Part shown: positions 23,963 through 36,400 of the stretch, in pieces
Layout: the number at the start of each line of letters is the position of its first letter
Position numbering within the stretch: position 1 is the first letter of the stretch
Assembly (NCBI GenBank): GCA_002269645.1
Contig: NIVC01000517.1
Span: forward strand, 27,043 to 91,042
Length of the DNA stretch: 64,000 bases
Direction: 5' to 3'
Source of the DNA: Macrostomum lignano
Lineage: Eukaryota
Notes under the pieces: generated by a model
What the model saw: only the letters and a program-made list of their open reading frames with translations
Told to the model about the DNA's origin: nothing
Databases searched by the model: none
Translations under genes and position numbers: made by a program

Positions 23963-26900
23963 CTAGCTGCCGCCGCCACAGCAGCCGGCCTTCTTGTCGG
24001 CGATGGCCGCAGCGTCCGTGTGGCCCAGCTTGATGCTGTCGCGTCGACCAGCCGACGGATGATGTCTTGCATCGTCTGGCTCTCTGGTGAGCAGGTTCTG
24101 TGAATGGTTTTATTAAGCGTGTACCGTGTACTTTGGCGGGCAAGTTTTATTTTGTAGTGGATTCATGACAATATTTATACTTTTAGTAGGTAGGTTGGTT
24201 TAAAAATTTAATGTCGCGTCGTTTTAGAGTTCAATTGGCGAAGAAACGGAGAAAATCGGTTGAGCCTTTTGGGAGATAACCTGTTACATACCCACAGACA
24301 GACAGGGCCGGTGGAGGGGGGGTTGCTACTTTAGATATATTAGACTGAGTAGCACGAACACGATGATTTGGTAGAATAAACGATGTCTCAGTTTCGATAT
24401 TTTATTCATAAACGATGCTAACAAAAACGATGCACAAGATATAATGGCGGTGCGTACGGGCGCTAAATGGGGTGGTGGGCACACAAGATGTACAGTCAGT
24501 AATTCAATAGTCATTTAGTTGCTTAAGTATAGTTGAATTAGTCACAAGTGCAGACTCCAGCGCTGCCTCATTCAATGCTAATTTGAAGTATTTTACGACA
24601 AAGTCGTCATGAACTCTATGCTTAATTTAAGCTCGGATTTTTAGCGAAAATATTGATTTCAATACGAACTTCATTTTAATTTAGGCCTACTAAGTATAAT
24701 ACCAATATACAAGTACAGATTTTGCTTTTGTAATACGATATTTAACAACTTAATTTTATAGGGTAGCTACTACGAGCGTATCATAGTACTATGAAAGGCA
24801 TAGTAAGAGGTACTATGAATTAAATTCCCGGCATTTATTTTTTATTAGAGGCAGGGGGGTTGTGTGCACCCTGGCGCGATTTAAGCGTCATTGGCACACA
24901 ACCGGCGAGAGGCATTACTGCCCATTCCGCCGACTCCCCTGAGCAGGCATACAAGCGCGCGGATACGTACGCAGGCACACACTCACACAGGAGTGTACAG
25001 CGGCCCTAACTTTATATTACCGTTAGGCATGTACACTTCACTGCGCCTTGGGGGGTTGGCTCTCAAGGCCGTTAATTGCACGAGCAGAGCCAAGCCGAGA
25101 TTCCAATTCAGCCCCAAATTAATGGGACTGCACTTGGAATCGAGCCTGGGTTGCTGGCACACCAGAGCAGCTGCGCTACCGCTGGGCTACAGCCCCCTTT
25201 AATTCCCGGCATGGCCCAGCCATTAGTCTAGGCGGTCAGTTAAGTTTATATTTAATTGGTCGGGCCATTAAATAGTTTTTTAATGGCGTTGTATAGCAAG
25301 TGAGATAGACTGGAGCTGATTGGCTGCCAGGGACAGAGGGAACACAATAATGTACAGTGTACAGTGTACAGTACAGTAACCGGTTAAGAACGTACATGTA
25401 AGTCACGTGACTAAACAGTCTACTCGTGTTAAGGAAGCTTTGGCTAAAAAGTCCTGTGACTGCAGATTGGTGTATTCCTATTGGCTGTCCACTTCTAATC
25501 GGGGTTTTCTGAATTCGTGCAATTAAATTTGCAATAATCACGTGACTGAAACAGTTGGCGTTTATAAGTTGTCATAAATGTTCTGACCTTCCACATCGAA
25601 ACCATAACACTGGCGACTTCAGTGAAGAGATCTTGCACATTCTCTCCTGTCTTGGAGCTGGTCTCAAAGAATCCATAGGATCCGTAACGCTCCTTGGCCT
25701 GTAAGAGAAAATTTCAATAGCTAGAGAAATTTTGCTGAATTTAATCTAGAAAGAAACACTTGTTGAAAAATGCTACAGTATAATTACATCTACTCCGTCT
25801 TCGCGCGGAACCTGACGTTGAGACTCCAAGTCTAGCTTGTTGCCGACCATGAATACTGGGATTACGTCACTGTCTGCTTTCTGCAATATTAATTTATGTT
25901 AATGGCGTTTCAAAGTGAGTAATGCGTGAGATGCTGACAAGCTGTAGGGGTGGCATGTTTGTGTTGTAAGATGCGTCGTAAATTGAAAAATTCTTGACTT
26001 TCACGACGATTTGACTGCCAGTGAATCCTATTGCCAACCAGTCAATAAGTTGCATGACTGCCACAAATTGCGACTGCAAGCACTAAAGATGAACTTTTGT
26101 AGAGTGCTTTACCTCCCGCAAAAGTCAGTCATAAAAACTGTTAACATTTATTCAGTTTAATAAAATAAAATAAGTTTTATTCAGTAGTATAGTAAGTAGC
26201 ACGTATAATAATAAGTACTAAATCACAGATATATTTTAATCAACCAATCACAAGAAAGAAAAGTCGAACATGTTATTTTTAGCAACCGACCAATCGCGTG
26301 TGACCTACAATTGTCAAGTGTAAATCCCATCTGCGATTCATCATTCGGCATGCACCCGGATGAACCAATCAAAGATAACCAAAAATAACCCAGCTACGGT
26401 AATCAATCACGCGCGCTTACACTAGACTAGTGGCTTAACTTTCTACCCTGTCATGCTTGACAGCAACCAAAGCGTGACCCTTTGACATTTACGAAAAAGG
26501 TGATGAACGACCTCGCGAGGGGTCCGTTTGCCTATAAATACAAGTGGTCCGAAGCGGACCCGGAGCAGCATCCGAACCTCCGGGAGAAGCTCCGAAGAGG
26601 AAGCCTTGTACGCACTTCCTACAGAGACTCGGCTGAGTTCTTGCGGTAAGCCTTACTCATTTGCGCCCGTTGTTTGAAGCGACTCATTATTGTTGTTGTA
26701 GTTGAGTCTATTGAGACTCTTGAGTCTATTGCGACTCCATTGATCGTAGTCTCCAGAAGGACTTAGAGATCTTAGAGGACTATCAGTGATTACCGGAGCT
26801 GTACCTAGAGTGCATTGAGGCACTGCTAGAAGGAGAAGGCTTAGCTGAAACCACATTAAATTCGAAGCTTCCGACTGGCATGGTCCGAAACGCAGATACC

Positions 26901-28637
26901 GGCCGGCCATACTCCAAGGAGCGAATTCGATCAACGAATTCACCAGAGGACATCCGGATACGAGAAAGACGCAAAGGAGAGCTCTTCAATTCAGGACTCA
27001 AAGTAATAAATACCTTCATTTGATTACTGGGTTGCCTAGCAATAGCTACGCTCGTAGAAGTGATTGTTCCTTGATTACTAAGAAAGTCTTGGTACGCTCG
27101 TAGTAAGGAACACATTACTTTAACCCTAACCCTAAACCACAGCCCTAAACCATAACCTTGAAACAAAAACATACATATAGACCCTACCCTTACAGATAAT
27201 CAAGCTATAATCCTTATTACCTCGCTGATGCTTTTGAGCCAGTAGGTTTTCATTCTGTCAAACGATTTCCGATTAGTAATATCGTAAAGCAGCACTATGC
27301 CCTGGAAGTTGTTGCAAAATTAGGTTAGAAAATTATAAATGTCATTAAAATAGATTGTCTGATGCATGCTTGGGTGCAACCTTGGGATTCACTCGGCCGT
27401 TTCTATTGGCAACACACACATGTGTGTCGCTATTGGACAGAATAGTAGTCACGTGACTGCTCTCAGCCAATAGCGACTTACATGTGTGTTGCCAATAGAA
27501 ACGGCCGGGTGATTCCCAAGGTAGCGCATGTATGGCGATGCGACTAGTGCAGTGAGAAATTAAATAAAAAAGTGCACTGCACACAATTATATTTACCCGT
27601 GCATTCCTGTAGTGAAACGACGTTATTGTCCGGAATTTCTCTTGACCGGCCGTGTCCCTGCAATAATTAAGCCACTAAATATTTCATCTGCTTACAAATC
27701 AATAAAGAACAGCCGGTCTCCCGAAAAAAATATTTTTTAACTAATGTTTGTTGACACGTGACCGCGCCCAGCCTTTCCCTGATTGGTCAATTTAGCTTTA
27801 TCAGCAGGCTAAATGCTGACTCACCAGATTTCCAACTCGATAACCTTATCGCCGATCGTAAACTTTTTTCTTTTAAAATCTATGCCTGTAAAAATAATTA
27901 GATGAACAATTATTGTTTTTAGCTGAGAAGTTAACACGTTAATTACTTATGAAAACATGTTAGGCTTAACTTTAATATGGTATGACGCATATTTATGGAC
28001 TACTAGTACAGTAGTAAGCTTAAGCATTTGACGTGTTTGTTTATAAAGCAAAGGCATAAACATGGTGACGTTTTCTTAGGTTTCGACTTCAAACACCTAC
28101 GAGTTGATGATCATCTAGAGCTATAAAGCTCTATTAATAAGATTAAAGTGAATATTGATGCTTGTGAAGCTTGCAGATTGTGAAGATTGAGGGTTGTGAA
28201 GCCAAGGGATAGTGAATATTAAAATTTGTGAAGCCAGGAGGTTGTGAAGCTTGGGGGTTTATGAAGCTTGAGGTTTATGAAGCTTGGGGTTTATGAAGCT
28301 TGCATGAGGTTTATGAAGTATGGGATTTATGAAGCATGAGGTTTATGAAGCTTGGGGTTTATGAAGTTTAGGGTTTATGAAGCTTGGAGTTTATGGAGCT
28401 TGGGGTTTATAAGCCTTGTTGACCGAGTAAATCTGGCGGGGGGGGGCTGCTGCTTAACTCGCGCACTGAGAGCTTCAAAGCCAATAACACCTGAGAACAC
28501 TAACCTATGGTGCTCATGACATGCGAGCTGAACTCCTCTCCAATCAAGGTTCTCAGCAGGCAAGTTTTCCCAACGGAGCTCTCGCCAAGAAGGACGATTT
28601 TAAATCGGCCGTGAGGGGCCTGCACCGCCTTGGCCAT
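23963..28637 (-). CDS. Rab-family small GTPase, 224 aa, most similar in motif pattern to the Rab1/8/10/13 group
   Basis: Seven GT-AG exons in phase: 28637-28505 (KIVLLGESSVGKT..STIG), 27885-27825 (IDFK..LEIW), 27657-27597 (DTAGQEKFRTIT), 27301-27221 (GIVLLYDIT), 25880-25788 (GNKLDL), 25698-25588 (FFETSSKTGENV), 24097-23963 (..KKAGCCGGGS*). Total 675 nt. Confidence 0.95.
24835..25200 (-). mobile_element. tRNA-derived SINE in Rab intron 6
   Basis: Minus-strand head 25197-25124 has A box TAGCCCAGCGG and B box GGCTCGATTCC. A-rich tail near 24835-24846. 12-bp TSD AATTCCCGGCAT at 24823-24834 and 25201-25212. Confidence 0.85.
26244..26540 (+). promoter_or_regulatory. CCAAT/TATA promoter-like module inside Rab intron 4, antisense to Rab
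   Basis: CCAAT near 26244, 26290 and 26365; TATAAATA at 26533-26540. Confidence 0.45.
27380..27521. repeat. Near-perfect ~140-bp palindrome (hairpin/MITE-like) in Rab intron 3
   Basis: CCTTGGGATTCACTCGGCCGTTTCTATTGGCAACACAC pairs with GTGTGTTGCCAATAGAAACGGCCGGGTGATTCCCAAGG; centre AGTCACGTGACT. Confidence 0.85.
28170..28415. repeat. Degenerate ~15-17 bp repeat (GGGTTTATGAAGCTT) in Rab intron 1
   Basis: Directly visible. Confidence 0.8.
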
Positions 28638-29426
28638 GCAGGTGGTGGCTGGTTCTGAGCAAGCAGATTTCTGTGTAGCAATAGCGCTTGGCTCTTTGAG
28701 CTCGCTAAGGCTCGCAGGAAACTTACAAGTAGATTGTATTTAACAGATATAATATACTTTATCAATTTTTGTTGTAGAAACCCAGAAAAATTATTCTAGA
28801 GGTCAAAAACTGACCTCGAGTGTGCAGCAGAGTCTAGTTTCTCCGAGAGAGAAAATGGGTTGGTGGTCTGACAACGATATCTGCATTCACTCGGCCGGTT
28901 TTCATTCCGCTTGGCATGTACCAAGGCTTATGTACATGCATGCAGGCAGTTTTCTCACATTTTACATTGAATGACACGGTCAATTTAAAATTGTTGTCAC
29001 ATTAAGCTTCAAGGAGTCCAGAGCTGAGTTACCTTTTCGCGTAGTGAAAAGGACGGCAAACTTCCGTTTCTTAGAAAATATTCTGGGCTGGTTATGGCTC
29101 AATTGCTTATACAGGACATTGTGGCGCAATAAATGAAATAAGTTCACACCCCTAGAACAAGGGGTCATGCCACTCGCCTTAAAATGCCTTAAAATAGCCT
29201 CAATCAACTAGCTGTGTGTTGTGTAATGATCGATGCTGGCTAGCCGACGTGCAGTCTTTCTCTTTCTCTCTCAGTGCACCTGCCCCCAGTCCCCCATTGA
29301 CGCGTACAATGTACATTGCTCACTGCACTTGACTAAACAATAATATATATATCGGCTCTCTGCCCATCGCTGGCTTTAAGCGTTTCGTAGCTCGCACACA
29401 CTCGCCTTGACTTCCAACATAACACT

Positions 29427-32400
29427 GTGTACTAACCTCAGCCAATGCTGCTTAACTGCAGACACTTAATTAACGCGCTTGAGACACTGAATCACATTCA
29501 AATTCCGTGTACTAACCTCAGCCAATGCTGCTTAACTGCAGACACTTAATTAACGCGCTTGAGACACTGAATCACATTCAAATTCCGTGTACTAACCTCA
29601 GCCAATGCTGCTTAACTGCAGACACTTAATTAACGCGCTTGAGACACTGAATCACATTCAAATTCCGTGTACTAACCTCAGCCAATGCTGCTTAACTGCA
29701 GACACTTAATTAACGCGCTTGAGACACTGAATCACATTCAAATTCCGTGTACTAACCTCAGCCAATGCTGCTTAACTGCAGACACTTAATTAACGCGCTT
29801 GAGACACTGAATCACATTCAAATTCCGTGTACTAACCTCAGCCAATGCTGCTTAACTGCAGACACTTAATTAACGCGCTTGAGACACTGAATCACATTCA
29901 AATTCCGTGTACTAACCTCAGCCAATGCTGCTTAACTGCAGACACTTAATTAACGCGCTTGAGACACTGAATCACATTCAAATTCCGTGTACTAACCTCA
30001 GCCAATGCTGCTTAACTGCAGACACTTAATTAACGCGCTTGAGACACTGAATCACATTCAAATTCCGTGTACTAACCTCAGCCAATGCTGCTTAACTGCA
30101 GACACTTAATTAACGCGCTTGAGACACTGAATCACATTCAAATTCCGTGTACTAACCTCAGCCAATGCTGCTTAACTGCAGACACTTAATTAACGCGCTT
30201 GAGACACTGAATCACATTCAAATTCCGTGTACTAACCTCAGCCAATGCTGCTTAACTGCAGACACTTAATTAACGCGCTTGAGACACTGAATCACATTCA
30301 AATTCCGTGTACTAACCTCAGCCAATGCTGCTTAACTGCAGACACTTAATTAACGCGCTTGAGACACTGAATCACATTCAAATTCCGTGTACTAACCTCA
30401 GCCAATGCTGCTTAACTGCAGACACTTAATTAACGCGCTTGAGACACTGAATCACATTCAAATTCCGTGTACTAACCTCAGCCAATGCTGCTTAACTGCA
30501 GACACTTAATTAACGCGCTTGAGACACTGAATCACATTCAAATTCCGTGTACTAACCTCAGCCAATGCTGCTTAACTGCAGACACTTAATTAACGCGCTT
30601 GAGACACTGAATCACATTCAAATTCCGTGTACTAACCTCAGCCAATGCTGCTTAACTGCAGACACTTAATTAACGCGCTTGAGACACTGAATCACATTCA
30701 AATTCCGTGTACTAACCTCAGCCGATGCTGCTTAACTGCAGACACTTAATTAACGCGCTTGAGACACTGAATCACATTCAAATTCCGTGTACTAACCTCA
30801 GCCAATGCTGCTTAACTGCAGACACTTAATTAACGCGCTTGAGACACTGAATCACATTCAAATTCCGTGTACTAACCTCAGCCAATGCTGCTTAACTGCA
30901 GACACTTAATTAACGCCTTGAGACACTGAATCACATTCAAATTCCGTGTACTAACCTCAGCCAATGCTGCTTAACTGCAGACACTTAATTAACGCGCTTG
31001 AGACACTGAATCACATTCAAATTCCGTGTACTAACCTCAGCCAATGCTGCTTAACTGCAGACACTTAATTAACGCGCTTGAGACACTGAATCACATTCAA
31101 ATTCCGTGTACTAACCTCAGCCGATGCTGCTTAACTGCAGACACTTAATTAACGCGCTTGAGACACTGAATCACATTCAAATTCCGTGTACTAACCTCAG
31201 CCAATGCTGCTTAACTGCAGACACTTAATTAACGCGCTTGAGACACTGAATCACATTCAAATTCCGTGTACTAACCTCAGCCAATGCTGCTTAACTGCAG
31301 ACACTTAATTAACGCGCTTGAGACACTGAATCACATTCAAATTCCGTGTACTAACCTCAGCCAATGCTGCTTAACTGCAGACACTTAATTAACGCGCTTG
31401 AGACACTGAATCACATTCAAATTCCGTGTACTAACCTCAGCCAATGCTGCTTAACTGCAGACACTTAATTAACGCGCTTGAGACACTGAATCACATTCAA
31501 ATTCCGTGTACTAACCTCAGCCAATGCTGCTTAACTGCAGACACTTAATTAACGCGCTTGAGACACTGAATCACATTCAAATTCCGTGTACTAACCTCAG
31601 CCAATGCTGCTTAACTGCAGACACTTAATTAACGCGCTTGAGACACTGAATCACATTCAAATTCCGTGTACTAACCTCAGCCAATGCTGCTTAACTGCAG
31701 ACACTTAATTAACGCGCTTGAGACACTGAATCACATTCAAATTCCGTGTACTAACCTCAGCCGATGCTGCTTAACTGCAGACACTTAATTAACGCGCTTG
31801 AGACACTGAATCACATTCAAATTCCGTGTACTAACCTCAGCCAATGCTGCTTAACTGCAGACACTTAATTAACGCGCTTGAGACACTGAATCACATTCAA
31901 ATTCCGTGTACTAACCTCAGCCAATGCTGCTTAACTGCAGACACTTAATTAACGCGCTTGAGACACTGAATCACATTCAAATTCCGTGTACTAACCTCAG
32001 CCAATGCTGCTTAACTGCAGACACTTAATTAACGCGCTTGAGACACTGAATCACATTCAAATTCCGTGTACTAACCTCAGCCAATGCTGCTTAACTGCAG
32101 ACACTTAATTAACGCGCTTGAGACACTGAATCACATTCAAATTCCGTGTACTAACCTCAGCCGATGCTGCTTAACTGCAGACACTTAATTAACGCGCTTG
32201 AGACACTGAATCACATTCAAATTCCGTGTACTAACCTCAGCCAATGCTGCTTAACTGCAGACACTTAATTAACGCGCTTGAGACACTGAATCACATTCAA
32301 ATTCCGTGTACTAACCTCAGCCAATGCTGCTTAACTGCAGACACTTAATTAACGCGCTTGAGACACTGAATCACATTCAAATTCCGTGTACTAACCTCAG

Positions 32401-33025
32401 CCAATGCTGCTTAACTGCAGACACTTAATTAACGCGCTTGAGACACTGAATCACATTCAAATTCCGTGTACTAACCTCAGCCAATGCTGCTTAACTGCAG
32501 ACACTTAATTAACGCGCTTGAGACACTGAATCACATTCAAATTCCGTGTACTAACCTCAGCCAATGCTGCTTAACTGCAGACACTTAATTAACGCGCTTG
32601 AGACACTGAATCACATTCAAATTCCGTGTACTAACCTCAGCCAATGCTGCTTAACTGCAGACACTTAATTAACGCGCTTGAGACACTGAATCACATTCAA
32701 ATTCCGTGTACTAACCTCAGCCGATGCTGCTTAACTGCAGACACTTAATTAACGCGCTTGAGACACTGAATCACATTCAAATTCCGTGTACTAACCTCAG
32801 CCAATGCTGCTTAACTGCAGACACTTAATTAACGCGCTTGAGACACTGAATCACATTCAAATTCCGTGTACTAACCTCAGCCAATGCTGCTTAACTGCAG
32901 ACACTTAATTAACGCGCTTGAGACACTGAATCACATTCAAATTCCGTGTACTAACCTCAGCCAATGCTGCTTAACTGCAGACACTTAATTAACGCGCTTG
33001 AGACACTGAATCACATTCAAATTCC
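29427..33025. repeat. Highly homogeneous 80-bp satellite, 45 copies
   Basis: Unit GTGTACTAACCTCAGCCAATGCTGCTTAACTGCAGACACTTAATTAACGCGCTTGAGACACTGAATCACATTCAAATTCC. 3599 bp = 45 x 80 minus one 1-bp deletion near 30916. A>G variant in five units. Confidence 0.97.
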
Positions 33026-33337
33026 AATCTTCCAATTGTTCCAAATTTTATAAGTTTTCTGCTTGCAATGGTTTCCGCTCCAATTGTTTTTAAGCCCCCC
33101 TCCATTGTAAACAGAGCCAGACAGGCAGACTTGAGTAAATGCGTGCCGTTGACTCACACAGGTAGCAAAGGTCGCAGTAAACTGCATAGCCATACAGTGA
33201 AAACAAAATAAGAACCATTGTAGTAGTGTGTAATAGGGTGCAGTAAATAAAAAAATGATGCTGAAAAACTGATGGGGCTGCTCACATAACGATTTTGGGG
33301 AACAACGTCAATAAAAAATATTTCCGCCGCCACGAAC

Positions 33338-33345
33338 TATAAATA
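33338..33345 (+). promoter_or_regulatory. TATA box of the transmembrane mucin gene
   Basis: TATAAATA about 95 nt upstream of the ATG at 33440. Confidence 0.55.
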
Positions 33346-33439
33346 TGGCCCAAGGCGAAAGCTATACCGCAAGACCCATTCATTCTCTCGCTGATCAGTT
33401 TCAATTCGGCGAATGAAATCAAGATAATAAAAGAGCGAT

Positions 33440-36400
33440 ATGAATCCACAGACTTGCTGCCTCTTGGTTGCTGGACTCGCCCTGTCACTGCTGGCTTCAG
33501 GTGAGTTTGAGTGTCTCATTGCAACTTTTCAATTAGCAACGATTCCTTCAGTGCCGTTGTACACCCTGAGGGTGTGTGACTGCGTGCCTGTGTACAGAGA
33601 AATGGGAAGAATTGTCGAGAGCGACATCGGTCACAGGGTAACAGTACAATCCAGATCTTTACCTGATGTTACCACTAAACCAATCATCACGAATGTACAC
33701 TGAAATTCAGGTATAACAGCGACAGCGGCTCCTGAAGAGACGACTGAAGGACCAGTCAAGTCGACAGCGGCTCCCGAAGAGACAACTGAAGGACCAGTCA
33801 AGACTGAAGGACCAGTCAAGTCGACAGCGGCTCCTGAAGAGACAACTGAAGGACCAGTCAAGTCGACAGCGGCTCCCGAAGAGACAACTGAAGGACCAGT
33901 CAAGACTGAAGGACCAGTCAAGTCGACAGCGGCTCCTGAAGAGACAACTGAAGGACCAGTCAAGTCGACAGCGGCTCCTGAAGAGACAACTGAAGGACCA
34001 GTCAAGACTGAAGGACCAGTAAAGACAACTGAAGGACCAGTCAAGTCGACAGCGGCTCCTGAAGAGACAACTGAAGGACCAGTCAAGTCGACAGAGGCTC
34101 CTGAAGAGACAACTGAAGGACCAGTCAAGACTGAAGGACCAGTCAAGTCGACAGCGGCTCCTGAAGAGACGACTGAAGGACCAGTCAAGACTGAAGGACC
34201 AGTCAAGTCGACAGAGGCTCCTGAAGAGACGACTGAAGGACCAGTCAAGTCGACAGCGGCTCCTGAAGAGACAACTGAAGGACCAGTAAAGACTGAAGGA
34301 CCAGTCAAGTCGACAGCGGCTCCTGAAGAGACGACTGAAGGACCAGTCAAGACTGAAGGACCAGTCAAGTCGACAGAGGCTCCTGAAGAGACGACTGAAG
34401 GACCAGTCAAGTCGACAGCGGCTCCTGAAGAGACAACTGAAGGACCAGTCAAGACTGAAGGACCAGTCAAGTCGACAGCGGCTCCTGAAGAGACGACTGA
34501 AGGACCAGTCAAGACTGAAGGACCAGTAAAGACAACTGAAGGACCAGTCAAGTCGACAGCGGCTCCTGAAGAGACAACTGAAGGACCAGTCAAGACTGAA
34601 GGACCAGTCAAGTCGACAGCGGCTCCTGAAGAGACGACTGAAGGACCAGTCAAGTCGACAGAGGCTCCTGAAGAGACAACTGAAGGACCAGTCATGACTG
34701 AAGGACCAGTGAAGACAACTGAAGGACCAGTCAAGACTGAAAGACCAGTCAAGTCGACAGCGGCTCCTGAAGAGACGACTGAAGGACCAGTCAAGTCGAC
34801 AGCGGCTCCTGAAGAGACAACTGAAGGACCAGTCAAGTCGACAGCGGCTCCCGAAGAGACAACTGAAGGACCAGTTAATACTGAAGGACCAGTCAAGTCG
34901 ACAGCGGCTCCTGAAGAGACGACTGAAGGACCAGTCAAGACTGAAGGACCAGTAAAGACAACTGAAGGACCAGTCAAGTCGACAGCGGCTCCTGAAGAGA
35001 CAACTGAAGGACCAGTCAAGACTGAAGGACCAGTCAAGTCGACAGCGGCTCCTGAAGAGACGACTGAAGGACCAGTCAAGTCGACAGAGGCTCCTGAAGA
35101 GACAACTGAAGGACCAGTCATGACTGAAGGACCAGTGAAGACAACTGAAGGACCAGTCAAGACTGAAAGACCAGTCAAGTCGACAGCGGCTCCTGAAGAG
35201 ACGACTGAAGGACCAGTCAAGTCGACAGCGGCTCCTGAAGAGACACCTGAAGGACCAGTCAAGTCGACAGCGGCTCCCGAAGAGACAACTGAAGGACCAG
35301 TCAAGACTGAAGGACCAGTCAAGTCGACAGCGGCTCCTGAAGGGACGACTGAAGAGCCAGTGAAGACAACAGCCACTGCTGAAGAGGCGACTAAAGGACC
35401 AGTCAAGTCGACAGCGGCTCCTGAAGAGACACCTGAAGGACCAGTCAAGTCGACAGCGGCTCCCGAAGAGACAACTGAAGGACCAGTCAAGACTGAAGGA
35501 CCAGTAAAGACAACTGAAGGACCAGTCAAGTCGACAGCGGCTCCTGAAGAGACAACTGAAGGACCAGTCAAGACTGAAAGACCAGTCAAGTCAACAGCGG
35601 CTCCTGAAGAGACAACTGAAGGACCAGTCAAGACTGAAAGACCAGTCATGTCGACAGCGGCTCCTGTAGAGACGACTGAAGGACTAGTCATGTCGACAGC
35701 GGCTCCTGAAGAGACAACTGAAGGACCAGTCAAGACTGAAGGACCAGTCAAGTCGACAGCGGCTCCTGAAGAGACGACTGAAGGACCAGTAAAGTCGACA
35801 GCGGCTCCTGAAGGGACGTCTGAAGGACCAGTGAGGACTGAAGGACCAGTCAAGTCGACAGAGGCTCCTGAAGAGACAACTGAAGGACCAGTCAAGACTG
35901 AAGGACCAGTAAAGACAACTGAAGGACCAGTCAAGTCGACAGCGGCTCCTGAAGGGACGACTGAAGGACCAGTCAAGACTGAAGGACCAGTCAAGTCGAC
36001 AGCGGCTCCTGAAGGGACGACTGAAGGACCAGTCAAGTCGACAGCGGCTCCTGAAGAGACGACTGAAGGACCAGTCAAGTCGACAGAGGCTCCTGAAGGG
36101 ACGACTGAAGGACCAGTCAAGTCGACAGCGGCTCCTGAAGAGACGACTGAAGGACCAGTCAAGTCGACAGAGGCTCCTGAAGGGACGACTGAAGGACCAG
36201 TGAGGACTGAAAGACCAGTCAAGTCGACAGAGGCTCCTGAAGAGACAACTGAAGGACCAGTCAAGACTGAAGGACCAGTAAAGACAACTGAAGGACCAGT
36301 CAAGTCGACAGCGGCTCCTGAAGGGACGACTGAAGGACCAGTCAAGACTGAAGGACCAGTCAAGTCGACAGCGGCTCCTGAAGGGACGACTGACGGACCA

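Noticed and set aside
25124-25197. Functional tRNA gene
   Set aside because: The anticodon stem does not pair, the T-loop is CTCGA, and the unit sits in a 366-bp insert with tail and TSD, so it is a SINE head.
27121-27160. Interstitial telomere
   Set aside because: Only two exact TAACCC units plus degenerate ones; too short to support the call.
29427-33025. CRISPR-like array
   Set aside because: Units are contiguous and identical with no unique spacers, there are no cas genes, and the context is eukaryotic.
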